From the human T2T-CHM13v2.0 reference genome, Homo sapiens, in NCBI RefSeq assembly GCF_009914755.1, contig NC_060940.1: a DNA stretch of 64,000 bases. One strand, 5' to 3'. This document shows positions 44,224 through 60,030 of the stretch, in pieces. The position numbers were made by a program, and so were the translations under genes. The notes beneath the pieces are model-generated. The model did no database searches and was not told the origin of the DNA. It worked only from the letters and a program-made list of their open reading frames with translations. The stretch's first letter is position 1. Every line of letters starts with the position of its first letter.

Positions 44224-44974
44224 CTAAAACAACAGGTTCCTGCTGCCCCAGAGCCAATCCTCTGGCTCCGGGCCAGAGTGTGGGGCAGAGGGGACAGGTA
44301 GGGACTTGAGGGAAAGTCCTGTGAGGGATAGGTAATGAGAAAATGTGAAAGAACTGGATATTAGACCATTATATGACTATTTTTACAACGAAAAATCTGG
44401 AACTTCTCTCACTACCAGAAGAGATTCCATTAGGATATAAAATTGACTGTCATAAAATGTGATTTAACATTTTTTAAACCCTAGGAAAAAAAGTCTCTTA
44501 TTAGTTAACCTTCCTAGGGCAAAAATCTCTTTGATTTAGTAAATATTTTCAGTCTTTTACTTTTGTACCTACAGGTGGACAATTTGCTTCAAATGGTATC
44601 TCAGGACCCACCTATTCCTATTAGGTACTCCCTATTCTCAGCCAATCTATCTGTTCCCCACATGTGTTCACCCTGCCCCAAACCTTATGCCCATGAAACA
44701 AGCACAGAGTCATGGTTTGCACTGATGGGCCTATCTCATCCGACTCCCATTCGATTCTTGTATAAAGGACTGGGCTGCCTGTGCTCAAGAGCATCCTGTA
44801 GAGGGAGCTCAGAGTCTCCTGGCACAATCCACTCTGCTCCTTGATGGCTTTTCCTAGAAAACCATGCTTCTAGAATTAAATTGCTGCTGCTGGGTAGCTC
44901 TTTTAGCTCCTTATCTTTATAGCTCCAAGACAATCTGTAATAGCTTCTGCCAACCAAGCCTCATGCTTCTTGGG

Positions 44975-45310
44975 TTTTTTTTTCTTTCTTTCTTTCGGTT
45001 TTGGTTCTTTTTCTCTTTTTTTTCTGTTTTTGACAGTGTCTTGCTCTGTCACCCAGGTTGGAGTGCAGTGGCACAATCTCAGCTCACTGCAGCCTCGACC
45101 TCCCAGCTCAGGTGATCCTCCCGCCTCAGACTCTTGAGTAGCTGGGACTATAGGTGCACACCACCATGCCAGGCTAATCTTTGTATTTTCTGTAGAGACA
45201 AGGTTTTGCCACGTTCCCCAGGCTGGTCTCAAACTCCTGGACTCAAGAGATCCGTCTGCCTCGGCCTCCCAAAGTGCTGGGATTACGGGAATGAGCCACC
45301 ATGCCCAGCC
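44975..45310 (-). mobile_element. Alu (AluJ-like), ZNF19 intron
   Basis: Reverse-complement dimer with a long T-rich tail. Confidence 0.9.
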
Positions 45311-45953
45311 CCTCATGCTTTTTCAACAGACACCCTTCTCCCTCCCTGCTGGCCTCAACTCTACCTTTCCACAAAGTTCTGGCATCTGGTTTAGAGCCTC
45401 TATTCACTCCTCAGATGTTGGTATTGAACTTCGTTACCGGAGTGCTCAGGGAATACACTCCGACCTTCCAATGCCTCAACTGATTTTGCACATATCCACA
45501 TCCCCCTCATCCCAGCACTGCCTCAGACTCTCTGGATGACCCAACACACTGACTCACCAAGCAACCCCAAACTCATCTTCCCCAAAATGGCTTCCTTTCT
45601 AATTTATATAAACTAAGTGGCAGTGTGACAATATTTTTCCCTCTCTGTTGATAACACCAATTTCAACCCAGTCTCTAATGCTAGAACTTCAGATTAATCC
45701 TAGACATTCTAACCCCCATCATCACTCATTGCTGACAGTTAATACTCAAGTCCTGCCAATTTTATTACCTACGTTATTTCTGGAATCTGACTCTTCTTCA
45801 CTGTGGTACAATCAGTAAACTAGGTCAACAGCTGGGGACACTTTAGCTCTACTTCCAGTCTTGTCCCACACTGAATCTATCCTCTGCCCAGCTGACAACC
45901 TGACTTCATCAACTCCTGAATGAACCTCTTGAATGAATCACCACTAACTAGAA

Positions 45954-46112
45954 CAGTGGTATTCAGAGTGTGGTCTCCAGACCACCACCAGTAGCGGATG
46001 CAACACTTGGGAATTTGTTAGGCAAATTCTTGGGCCCCACTCTGAGAGAAGTCCATACTTCAGTGAGCCCTCCAGGTAATTCTGATGTACACTGAAGTCT
46101 GAGAACCCTGGA
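45954..46112. mobile_element. MER5A-like DNA transposon
   Basis: cagtggtattcagagtgtggtc...gccctccaggtaattctgatgtacactgaagtctgagaaccctg. Confidence 0.75.
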
Positions 46113-47299
46113 TTGGAGGATAAAATCCAAACTCAGGAAACTGAGCTGTATTAGGTGACAAAGTGATGGAAAGGTGCACAACTATACACAGAGAATCTAT
46201 CCGGGAAGCGCTGCAAACAAAATTCCAGAGAAGGAACAACAAACTCTAAATGTAATCTGAAAGATGGCACAAGTGGCAGAGAGAGAAGGAAAAACAACAA
46301 GACTTTGTGTCTCTCTGGAAATGGTATCAGGGGAGAACATAGTCAACAATTACACAGCAATTTAGAAACTGAGTGATCAGGACTGCAATATAGTGTGATG
46401 TCAGACACTTGTGGAAAAACCAGAAGAGGGTGGGAGCTCCAAGGAAGCTGATATATCAGTGACACAGTCAGGTAGAGAAAACTGAAGGATGTGAGAAATA
46501 TGAGATTATGATTTGGGATATGGTTCATGGATACTAAGTTACTGGATAAATAAGTGCCAGGAGAAAAGAAATGACAAAGCAGCAACTCCGTCTCAAAAAG
46601 TGAAATGTAATTCAAGAAATCAATTCTCTGTCCCAAAAATGTAAGGTACTTATGTTCACCTTACAAATGAATCCAGTTAAGATGCAAAGCAATTATGTGA
46701 CTGGCTCAAGGCTATGATGCCACTGAGGCCTAACAGATCCCTAACTTCAGGTGTCCTGTTGGGAGTGTAGACTTTTCCTATCACAGCCCATTGCCTCACT
46801 TCGCCAGCAGTACTGACCTCAAGGACATATGTTTCCTGATTCTGAAGCCCAAACTTCCTCCTTTCTTTTGGAGGACAAATTAGATAGGCCCCCTCTTTCT
46901 TGTCTTCTTCCTGCTGTCCCTCTGCTGCTACTTCCCAAAAACCTTGTGCCCTTGCTGATCTTAGTCACTTCCATCCTATCCTGGATCCCTACATCACCAG
47001 CCTGAGTCCCTCGTTCTCACAATTCCCTCTGCAGAGGGACAGCTACTGAACCTGGGGATCCTCTGGCCCAGGAGAGATTCTCAGTATTCAGGAGGCTGTA
47101 CTTCAGCTTTCCAGATCACTCTCTCCTGTTTCCATCTTCACTGCCCCTAGCTCTTTCCCCAGCACCCAGTCCTACTGGAGGGAATCAGCAGGGGTTTTCC
47201 TACTGCTTTGGCTCTAAGACTTGCCAGAATCACCTTTATCCACCTCATTTCCTTCAACTCAGACCTCCATAGAGCTGACCTCAGGGATCCACAGCTCAC

Positions 47300-47332
47300 C
47301 TGGTATTGAGCTTTCAGAGGCATGGCTGCCAT
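47300..47332 (-). CDS. ZNF19: ZNF19 start-codon exon, coding part MAAMPLKAQYQ (whole exon about 47300-47361)
   Basis: ATG at 47332, donor CAG|GTGAGC, acceptor tttcttccctcAG at 47362; phase 0 into KRAB-A. Confidence 0.92.
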
Positions 47333-47890
47333 GACCTGGTCTCCCTCTTAGCAGGCAAAGGCTGAGGGAAGAAACAGAGAGAACCAACAGTGAGCTCAGC
47401 CCAGTAAAATGCTCTCTTTAGAGCAATAAATTTGCCAATAGCAAGCAGCATTCACTTACTAAATGCTCACTGGGTTAGTGGTGCATAAATATGTACTTTT
47501 TAATCCACATCATACCATGAGGTTTGTAATTCTGAGGAAACAGATTTTGAAAGAATAAGTAACTTGTCCTAGGACACCAGAGCCTGTCCTCACCAACACC
47601 AAGCTAAATGAAGAGCAAAACAAGCAAAAGACACCAATAAACTCAGAGCGAAACCTAACAAGAAGAATCTCAGACCTTTATTTTTAAAAATAAATTTGAC
47701 TGAGAATATAAAAGGTTAAAAATAGCAAGTATCATGCTTTTGGATGAAAAATACATATTCTCTTATTTAGTCCTCACAACAATCTTTTGAACCTTTAATT
47801 TTTCCCAAATGAGAAGACAAGGCTAAGAGAATAATTTCTTCTACCAAGATCACTCAGCTGGTGAATGGATGAACTCGGATCCCACACTAG

Positions 47891-48212
<322 letters not shown>

Positions 48213-49399
48213 CTCCTGCTTTTAATAACTACACTAAATTCTTTCCAATAGTAATCCTAACAGGAATGCTTTTAGAACTGGCAAAATGATTTTAAGGTTA
48301 ACATAAAATAATAGACAAGAATGGCCAAGAAAACTCAGGAAAAAAATCTCAGAGCAAGTCTTCCTTTACTTGGACCTGGAGCAGGCATCTTTTTTGTTCA
48401 TTGCCCCACTCAAGGGCCATGAAAACCAGAAACTGATTACCAAAGGACCCTGAAGGGCCAACTCAACACACTAAAACATCTGGGTTATTGTTTTAACTAT
48501 ATCATCTCTTACAGACACTTTGTATTCTAGTTAAACAGCAATATTCTATAAAAAGCCAGCATCTTCCCTACAGGGACTTAATGCATGATGCTGTTTTCTG
48601 CGAGCCTCATCTTGTGCCGCCACCCTCTTTTCTCTTAGTTTAGCTACAATGGCCTTCTTTCAGTTTCCTCTGTGCTAACTCAGGACCTTCATACCTGCTG
48701 TTTCTTCTGTATGAACTACTCTTCTCCAATCTCAGAACCATTACAACTGAGATTCTCTGCCTGCCATTCTCTCCAGTAATCTAGCCGCCATTCTCTCCAG
48801 TAATCTATCCACCCTTCACCTTCAGATCATGATCGCTCTACAGACCAGGTCAGGTGTCTCTGTTAAACACTCCACTCGCACCGTACTCCTTTTCCTATAT
48901 ACCACTTAATCCAGTTTGAAATTATATATTGATTTGTGCTTTCTTCATTCAACAAATATTTATCTCATACATATTTCATGCAAGGCCACGTGTGACACAC
49001 AACAGATGAAGTAGAGAGAGAAGGGGCATGATCCTGTCCCTCGCAGAGCTTAGTCTAAAGGAAAGACACATTAATCAAGATTCTCTCAAATAACTTTTAA
49101 GTCCACAATTTAAATCACTGCCAGGGGAAACTAACGTGGATGGGAAGCTTAAGAAAATAAATTAACTAAGGTATGAAGGAAATCTTTACAAAAGTAACAG
49201 CATACGCAAAAGCCATGTTCTAGTAGTGAAGGATCAAGAACACTGTAGTAGCAGTCAAAGGAGAGTGTGCTGTTAGATGATGCTGAAGAAGTCACAAGGG
49301 ACAAAGCCACACTTTGTGCACGTCAAGAACTTGGTCTTCGATCTACGTGCACTAAGTCACGGGCAGGTGGAGTGAAATAACCAGATTTGATTAATACAT

Positions 49400-49960
49400 G
49401 ACTTTCCCATTGGGCGGAAAGCTTCCTGGGGGCGGGGCCCACGCCCCGCCTCATTCACCGCTGCATCCCCGGAATCTAGAGCAGGAACTGGCACATAGCT
49501 GCTCAGTAAGCAGCTGTGGCCCAATGAGCAGATGGGGTTTGGGCGGCGTCGAGAACAGAGGCGTCCCTTCCATCCAGCCGCCCATATCCACAGCCTCCAT
49601 TTCCCAAGGCGCCGATGCAGGCGTGGGGGAGCGAAGGCACCAGAGGGAGACCGGGACCGGCCCGCGAGCAGCCTCCGCTCCCCGGTCCCGGAGGGGCCGC
49701 CCTGTCTCCCTCCACTGAGGCAGCAGGGACGAAGCCGACAGCCTTCTCTAGAGGTGCAGTGCCTGAGCCTAGCAAGGACTCCTAGGCGACAAACCCCAAC
49801 ACTCACCTCAGGAAAAACAGAAAGCGGTGCGTGAACGGAAGTGCGTCACTACTTTGGCCTTGCACCCAGGCTCACACGCGTACTCTCTAGGATGCCGGAG
49901 CGGTCTTCTCAGTGGTTGTGTGGTTTTACTCCCGGGAGGAGTTTCCACCCGGGGATCCTC
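49400..49960. promoter_or_regulatory. CpG-rich internal promoter-like region of ZNF19 (CCAAT, GC boxes, ETS/half-CRE)
   Basis: CpG-rich; attgg and ggggcggggc at about 49409-49450; cggaagtgcgtcac at 49836-49849. Confidence 0.7.
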
Positions 49961-49966
49961 AGAGAC
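49807..49966 (-). other. ZNF19: ZNF19 5'UTR exon (160 nt), also promoter-like
   Basis: Acceptor ctttctttcctattcaAG at 49967, donor GAG|GTGAGT at 49807/49806. No minus-strand ATG; contains CGGAAGTGCGTCAC. Confidence 0.75.
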
Positions 49967-50300
49967 CTTGAATAGGAAAGAAAGTATATCATTGTTTTCG
50001 CTAATCTCTAACCGAAATTTAGCATTTTCTTCTATGTTGGCAACAAACTACTGTAGTATCAGCCGTATCTGTGACTGTCACCGATAGAAATCACAGATAT
50101 TTTCATATCACATTACAGTTGATGCAGATCTCAGAATATGGCTATTCTCGTCACTAATTTGAAATTGTCCTTGTTGTTATCGGGCCCACCTCAAGTCTTG
50201 TCATTACATTTCATCACGTTGGTAAAGCTGCACTTATATTTCTGTATCACAAATTCTAAAAAACTGTTTAATTGTATGTTCATTGGTTTTGAAGGTGTCA

Positions 50301-50814
<514 letters not shown>

Positions 50815-51129
50815 CTATAATAGCCATGAATTTTGGATGACCTGATAGATGAAGGTGCCATTAGCTGAGATCAGGAATTGAAGAAGAGGAGCTGGTTTCA
50901 GGCAAGAAGGTGAAAGAATTTAGTTTTAAAAATACTGAACACACACACACACACCTGCCTTATTAACATTTAATTCACACACCATACAATTCATCAATGC
51001 AGAGTATAAAATTAAATAGGTTTTAGTGTGTTCAGAGACTTGCGCAAACATCACCACAATCAGTTTCAGGACATTTTCATCTCCCCAAAGGAACCTCATA
51101 ACCATCAGCAGTCACTCTCCATTTTCCCT

Positions 51130-51930
51130 CTGGTAAGCAGAATGGTGTTTTGTTCCCCTCAAAGATGTATATGTCCTAATCTCTAGAACCTGTGAGTACA
51201 TTAAGTTACATGACAAAGGGAAATTGAGGTTGCAGGTGGAATTAAGATTGCTAGTCAGCCAACTTTAAGATTATCTTGGGGCTAGGCACAGTGGCTCACA
51301 TCTGTAATCCCAGCACTGTGGGAGGCCCAGGTGGGCAGATCACTTGAGCCTGGGAGTTCAAACCAGCCTGGGCAACATGACAAAACCCTGTCTCTACCGA
51401 AAAAAAAAAAAAAAATTCCAAAAAGGAACAAAAATTGGCCAGGTGTGGGCACACGCCTGTAGTCCCAGCTACTAGCTGAGTTGGGAGGATCACTTGAGCC
51501 TGGGAGGTCAAGGCTGCAGTGAGCCTTGATTGAGCCACTGCACTCCAGCCTGGGCAACAAAGCGAGACCCTGTCAAAAAAAAAAAGATGATTATCTTGGA
51601 TTATTCAGGTGGGCCCAGTGTAATCATAAGAGTTCTTGAACGTGAAAGAGGGAATTGAAAGAGAATCACAAAAATGACAGCACAAGAAGGACTTGGCCCA
51701 ACCTCACTGGCTTTGAAGATGGAGGAAGGGGCCAAGGGTCAAGGAAAGTGGGTGGCCTCCAGAAGATGAAAAAGGCAAGGAAACAGATTCTCTCCTTAGT
51801 CTAAATCCTGAATTTATACCAGTGGGACCCATTTTGGATTTCTGACCTCCAAAACTCTAAGATAAATTAGTGTTGTTTTACGCCACTACTCATGGCAATT
51901 TGTTACAGCAGCAATAGAAAATTAATAGAC
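51130..51930 (+). mobile_element. MLT1D-like LTR with an AluJ (51280-51585) inserted, itself inside an L1M fragment
   Basis: tggtaagcagaatgg...aggttgcaggtggaattaag...ctggctttgaagatggagga...agcagcaatagaaaattaatagaca. Confidence 0.8.
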
Positions 51931-52337
51931 ACACATGTACATACCTCTCTTCTTCCCCCAATTCTAGACAACCACTTTCTTTATAGATTTGCCTATTCTG
52001 GATATTTACATTACATAAATGACCATTAAGTCTGGATATAAAACAAAAACAAGTCTCTATTGTTAATTTTATCGGTTTTTAGAAACATGGGAACCCGTAT
52101 GTTTACTTGGTGAAGAGTTGAGTATATTCTTGGCCAGAAGATGGGAACACTAAAATTAAAAACAAAAAGAGTTGGGAATAACTTATTTTTGTTTTGCAGG
52201 GAGTGGAAAGGAAGAAAATTTCCACTCTCATTTGTCTGGAAAGTCTCCCAGAGAGTTTTCAAGATCATTAATAATAATAGCTAATTCACACTGACCTGTC
52301 TTCCCAGCCAATGTATCACCTCTAAGGAAATGTATAC

Positions 52338-52718
52338 TTGATATGTTTTGGCTCTGTGTCCCCAGGCAAATCTCATGTTGAATTATGATCTTCAGTGTTG
52401 GGGGAGGAACATGGTGGAAGGTGATTGGATCATGGGGGCGGATTTCCCCCTTGCTGTTCTCGTGATAGTGAGTTCTCATGTGATCTGGTTGTTTCGAAGT
52501 GTGTTGCGCTTCCTCCTTTGCTGTCTCTCTCCTGCTGGCCATGTGAAGATTGTGCCTGCTTCCCCTTTGCTTTCCACCATGATTGTAAGTATCCTGAGGC
52601 CTCCCCAGCCATGCCTCCTGTACAGCCTGTGGAACTGTTAGCCAATTAAACCTCTTTTCTCCATAAATTACCCAGTCTCAGGTATATCTGTATAGCACTG
52701 TGACAACGGACTAATACA
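52338..52718 (+). mobile_element. MST (MaLR) solo LTR
   Basis: tgatatgttttggctctgtgtcccc...ccatgattgtaag...gccaattaaacctcttt...ggactaataca. Confidence 0.88.
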
Positions 52719-53139
52719 ATACTCATACTCATGTCTGTCACAATCTCTACCATCAAACATAATTACTTTCAAGCTTTGACCATTCCTTAGATTCCAATGG
52801 GAACCACCTTTCTTTCTGGTCACCTCACAGCCTAACTATCCAGCTCTCCCTCTAACTCCTACAGTATCTTTAACTGAAGCTATAAGTAATATCAGATCAT
52901 GATACCCAGAGTATGGTGTATGATCATGGCATATTTACTGTTACTTAATCCTGACTTGAAAATACTAACTTCTCTCCCATATGTCTGAAAATCCCAGCCA
53001 CAAATAGGCTGAGGCTGTGGTGGAACTTAAGTTTCATGCACAAAGTCATTTTTGCCTTGGCTGCAAAAAAATATGTAGTTAAGCTAAATATTGTGCTGCA
53101 GTATCTATACTGACATATAATTCAATATTATTCTCTCCT

Positions 53140-54138
<999 letters not shown>

Positions 54139-54289
54139 TTAAAGACTTAAGCCGGCCCCAACTAAGAGTGGGGATGGCTTCCCTAGGAGGTAGGAATCAG
54201 CTGGAGTCCTTGCCTCTCCTGGTGCCCAGGCAGTGCCATCTGCAGACACTTCTGTCATCCTCCCATCCTTGGGGGGCTCTTTCTCCAGC

Positions 54290-54800
54290 TCCAGTTCGTG
54301 AGCGGCAAAGCTTGCAGCTGTACAGCCTCCAAGAGCAAACAGCCCAGGTCCCACCCGGCCACAGTTGTATAGTGACGCCCTCCCCGTCCCCTTCTTTGAG
54401 CTGCGCTCAAAGGACCAGCCTGGACTGCTATGCTGTCTCACTCCCAACCCAAGCTCCGCCCAACTGTGGGTCCTTGCACTTTGGCACCTTTGAGCGCGGA
54501 CTCAAAACAGGCCAGAAGCGCACCGCTAGCGAGAACGGTTAGGAGGCCGGAAGTGCGTCACGCTTGTGGGGCGTTTGGAGGCCAGAAGTGCGTCATGAGC
54601 ACGGCTGCTCTTTCTACGGTGCAACTTTTCCGCATCTCGGTGTTTCCGATTGGGAGACATCCTCTTCCTTTCCTTGTACACACTTTTTTCTCTCCTCAGG
54701 AACCTCACGCCTGGGTCATTGTCCATTTGGGTGGGTCAAGAAAGCGATCGCTTCTGCCCGGGAGCAGTTGATTGTCAGGAAGGAATTCGTGATAAAACCG
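54290..54800. promoter_or_regulatory. CpG-rich upstream promoter of ZNF19 with a duplicated ETS/half-CRE motif
   Basis: ccggaagtgcgtcacg at 54547 and ccagaagtgcgtcatg at 54582; elevated CpG. Confidence 0.7.
54524..54580 (-). other. ZNF19: Probable ZNF19 upstream non-coding first exon (5' end approximate)
   Basis: Donor GCG|GTGCGC at 54524/54523 beside the ETS/half-CRE motif in a CpG-rich patch. The 49807-49966 exon has an acceptor, which implies an upstream exon. Confidence 0.55.
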
Positions 54801-55299
54801 CCATCACCACAGGCCTAGATGGTGGCTGGTGTTTCCTGGATGCTTACTGGTCTTTCTGAGTTCTGGTTCACTCGCAGTGAATCAACTTCCTTTCACAAGC
54901 TCTGCCACTCACGGGCCATTGAGGAAGACCCTTGTGTCTCTGAGCAGCTTTTGTCTTCTGTAAAATGAGCCAGTCAGATTATACCATTCAAGCTGTCTTT
55001 AATTCCATGCACTGTAACCTCCAATGGTTTGCCACTACCCCTGGAGTCCAAGTCACCATTCAAGGCTCCTCAGACCCTTGCCCTCCTTCCCCTCTAAATG
55101 ATAAAGAAAATGCCAAAAGCGCAGGGCATATGGGCTAAGAGAGATAGCTCTAAAGTGTTAGTGCCTGTGGCTTTCTGGGTCCACAAAAGAGAACTCTGGC
55201 CAGGATTTTGCTGGACTGTCAAAACGTTTGTGATCACTGTCACAGAATTACAAAACAAACTGGGGACTTAGAGCTTCTTAGTCCCATCTCCTTTACAAC

Positions 55300-55562
55300 A
55301 GTATGACATAGTGGTAAGGAGCACAGCCTGGCATCAGGATGCTTTGTTTCAAAGGCCAAAGGACCACTCTGTGACCTTTGGTGCATTACTTAACCTGTAA
55401 GTGTCACATTTATTTCTAAAACTAGGATAATAATAGTATTTATTCCCCGGATTGTTGTGAGGATTAGATGTTAGTACATGTAAATCAGTACAATGTCTAG
55501 CACATACTAAACACTCACTAGATATTAGTAATTATTACACTCACTAGATATTAGCGATTATT
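55300..55562 (+). mobile_element. MIR ending in a 26-bp tandem duplication
   Basis: ctctgtgacctttgg...ttacttaacct...ggataataatagta...gttgtgaggattaga. Confidence 0.65.
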
Positions 55563-56804
55563 AATAGCTTAGGAATTGAGCCTGAATAGGCTCTGGAGTT
55601 AATCCAGTATTCAATCTTTTTATTAAAACCTTTGAAAATGGTTATAAACCTCAGTGGGTTTGGGCATCTGTACACTTTTTACTACCAGACTAGATAGTAT
55701 AAGCAAAGCCTGGTGGCAGTTCAGGGTTGGTTCTTAGAAGATCAGAGTGCTAAAATAGCTAGCTCATCATGAGCTGAGGACTTCCAGGATGACTAGTTGG
55801 ACTTGCTGTTCAGTTGGGACTTCAGCAACACAAGTCCAGACAAATGGGACCATGACCCAGGTCTTCAAGAGCAACCCTCAGGCTTTCTGCAGAGTGTAAA
55901 CTCCTCAAGAAAGAGGCTTTTCTATCTTGTCCATGACTGTATCCCGAGTTTCTAGAATAGTGTTTATAACACAGTTCATGATCAATAATCATTTTTTGAT
56001 GAATAAAGAGTTGGACATATATGATTATACTCCCTTACTATAAGGGAGAGTGGGACAGATAATACAAGCACTCAACGCAGAATGAATCATGAGTAAGAGA
56101 AAACCAAGACTCAAAGAGTTTCAGTAAGGCCACAGCATATAATAGGTATCAGAGTTAAGATTTAAACCCTAGATTATTTCCACCATGTCAAACTGGCTTT
56201 CCAGAACAATATACTAAGTGGTATTCCAAGTCCCAATACGCCTTTCTATGCTCTCACACCGTGGACACAAGCTTTCTGACCTCAGTCCCTTCAGGAAGAG
56301 AGAGAGAGAAGAGCAACAGTAACTGTAAGAGGAAAAATCATCAAATTCTGAAATAAGGGCCAAAGAACCATATAAGATGACACGAGTCCCATTTTACAGA
56401 TGAGGAAACTGAACACAGAAAGATTAAATAACGTGCTCAAAGTCATGCACAGCTCCTATGTGGCAGAGCCAGAATTCAAACCATGATAGTTTGGCCTCAG
56501 TATACACACATAAGCACTCTATCACTGCCTCAGATACGTAGTTCTGTGTCTCATAGTGAAGAAGTTGAAATATGTTAAGCCAAACTAATGTTTCCAAGCC
56601 TCCATTTATTAACTGTGATTTGGGGCAAGTTACCTAGATTCTCTGTGCCTTCAATTTTCTCACCTATAAAATGGGTACAATATTAATACCTACTTTGTAG
56701 GCTGTTGAGAGGATTAAACAACATGTGAAAATCATTTATTTTCATATCTAACTTATTGTAAACATTCGCTACATTTCTAATTAATTGATTGTTTCATTTT
56801 TATT

Positions 56805-56936
56805 TAGTTTTTTTTTTCTTTAGAGTAGGGGTCTCTCCATGTTGCCCAGGCTGGATTTGCACTTCTGAGCTCAAGTGATTCTCCCCAATCAGCCTCTCAA
56901 ATAGCTGGGTATATAGGCATGTGCCACTGTGCCCAG
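56805..56936 (-). mobile_element. FLAM / Alu monomer
   Basis: Reverse-complement monomer. Confidence 0.8.
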
Positions 56937-56939
56937 ATA

Positions 56940-57510
56940 AGGTATAATTTAAGTTCAGTAAAGAGTACAAATCTTAAGTGTAAAACTTGATGAATATTTA
57001 TATATGTAACTTCAACCTGATCAAGATATAGAATGTCCCCAGCACCCCAAAAACCTCTCTGTTATACCCCTTCCTAGTTGATAGCCTCCCCAAAATAATC
57101 ACTATTCTGACCTCCATCACCTTAGCTTTACCTGTTTTTAAACTTTATATAAATGGAATCATATTGTAATAGAACCATGCAGCTCATTTCTTTAATCTAA
57201 CATAATATCTTTGAGATTCATCTATTGGATATAACTATAGTTCATTCATTTTTATCATTGTTTAATGGTTCATTGTTAAATAAACCACATTTTTTTACCC
57301 AAAAAAATCTACTGTGATGGACATTTAGTTTTTTTTTTACTTTTTGGCTCTTATGAATAACCTTGAAGATTATTTATGAATAACTGCAATAAACATTTTC
57401 ACACGTCTGGTGAACATAAGCTCTTATCTTTCTTAAACATACTTAAGAGTGAATTTGCTGAGTCATTGGATATCATACATTTCGCCTCAGTCAATAACTG
57501 CCACCAGACC
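56940..57510 (-). mobile_element. L1ME-like 3' fragment
   Basis: cactattctgacctccatcacc...tttacctgtttt...tataaatggaatcata...ttgagattcatc. Confidence 0.7.
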
Positions 57511-57554
57511 AGGTGGTATAAGCAAAAAGATAACACAACTTTATTACTATTAAT

Positions 57555-57692
57555 AATTTTTTCTTTTTTAATGTTTTAGAGATGGGGCCTTGCTATGTTG
57601 CCCAGGCTGGTCTTGAACTCCTGGGCTCAAGAGATCCTCTGCCTCAGCCTCCCAAAGTGCTGGGATTACAGGCATGAGCCACCATGCCCAGC
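57555..57692 (-). mobile_element. FLAM_C-like Alu monomer
   Basis: Reverse-complement left monomer. Confidence 0.85.
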
Positions 57693-58205
57693 TAATAACA
57701 ATTCTTAATATCCTTTAATACCCAGCCATAATCCATTTTCCCTGATTGTCTCAAAAATGTCTTTTTACAGGTGGTTTATTCTAATCATGACCTAAACAAG
57801 GTCCTTACGCTGCATTTAACAATATGTCTCTGAAGTCTCCGTGTAAAATGCAGTTTTTCAGTGTGCTTGTACCAATTTCCTGTTTAGTAGCAGCATATGA
57901 GAGTACACTTGTTCTACATCACACTCAATAAATGTGAACCATTATGAGAATTGTAACTCTAATTATTTGGTGAATCAGAGGAGGAAGGCTAAAATTATAC
58001 TGGGTTTTGCCTGGGGTAACTGAGTAGGTGGTTAGGTTTCAGAGGGAGAGGCGGACAAGCAATAATGAGTTTTTGGTGTCTGCATGGAAATACATCTAGT
58101 TGGACATGTCATCTGAAGCCCAGGGGAAAGTGCAGGGCAGAGGTAGTGATATGGGTGGATAAAGATGTAAGACCAGATGGGATCACAATGAGCCAACAGA
58201 GAATT

Positions 58206-58843
58206 TGTAACCAAACAGCCTAGCCTGAAAATGCATTTTAAAACCTTTTTTCTTTTTTCTGTTTTTTCCCTAGTCTCAAGATATAACCTTGAAGCTTACT
58301 GCATATATCATTGTTTTCTTCTCCTTAGTCTTAAAGTACAGCCTTGAAATTTACTTTCTTTGAAACACCACGTCCCTCCCTTTCTTACCATACACTTCCT
58401 TACACCATGCACATTTTTATCTAACTATATGCTGGTATCTAATTATGTGATTACTTAGAAATTCCAGGGGCTAATCTTGAAACAGACCAAGCATAGGGAC
58501 CCAGCTGCAAAATTCCAGAAATTCAAGGCAGTTAGAAAATAACCTGGCCATTGTTGAGATGATGCCAGCCCACACTCTAAGTGGACCACAGCTCAAGATA
58601 GCCACTGGAACAAGACATGTAGACCTTGTACTCAGTACCCCTCTCACATGCCTCCCATTCCAAGTTCCCTTTTTTAAGCCCTTCTCCTCAGCCTAAAATT
58701 TGAAGTGGTTACCTTGGATGTGAATCCAGCCACTTCCCCACTGCAAGTTTTGGTAAAGAATAATGTCACTTTCTTTCTATCATAGCTCGCTCTTGTTATT
58801 GGATTCTGCAAGCAGCAAGCGGCCAGACCTGCCTTCGGTTACA
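58206..58843 (+). mobile_element. ERVL-class solo LTR (MER73/MER74-like; family uncertain)
   Basis: Inverted termini TGTAACC...GGTTACA, 638 bp. Confidence 0.7.
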
Positions 58844-59024
58844 AGTTCAAAGGCCCAGATGGTTCATTTAAATAGAATAGGGGCCTAAGTTTCTGTATTT
58901 TTCACATGTCCCCTGGATGATTATGACACACATTAATGTTTGAGCACCACTGATGAAAGCAGTGGGTTAAGGAAGGAACCCTAGAAAGCAATGACATTTT
59001 AGGAGGAAACCTCTCATGACATAG

Positions 59025-59410
<386 letters not shown>

Positions 59411-59702
59411 AAACCAGCAGAGTTTTAATAAAAATTATATTAATAAAATAAGGACCACAACAGTACCACCTAGTGGAAATTTCTGGGAGACGTAATCAGC
59501 CGTCTTTTCTCTTGCTCCTCTTGCCTGTGTTCTTTGACCTTTCACAACTGGAAGCTCTGAGGCCACACTTCTGTCTCTTTCTCACAAATATACACATGCC
59601 CACGTTTAAAATATATATATTTAAATATAGTTCTGTGTACATTCTTATTATTTTAGAGTTGCCTGGAGTTTTTTTCTTTCATGTTTTCCTTATTTTTTAA
59701 AC

Positions 59703-60030
<328 letters not shown>

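Noticed and set aside
54670-54705. Strong plus-strand acceptor-like ttttttctctcctcAG next to the upstream ZNF19 promoter
   Set aside because: No convincing upstream plus-strand donor or exon could be linked to it.
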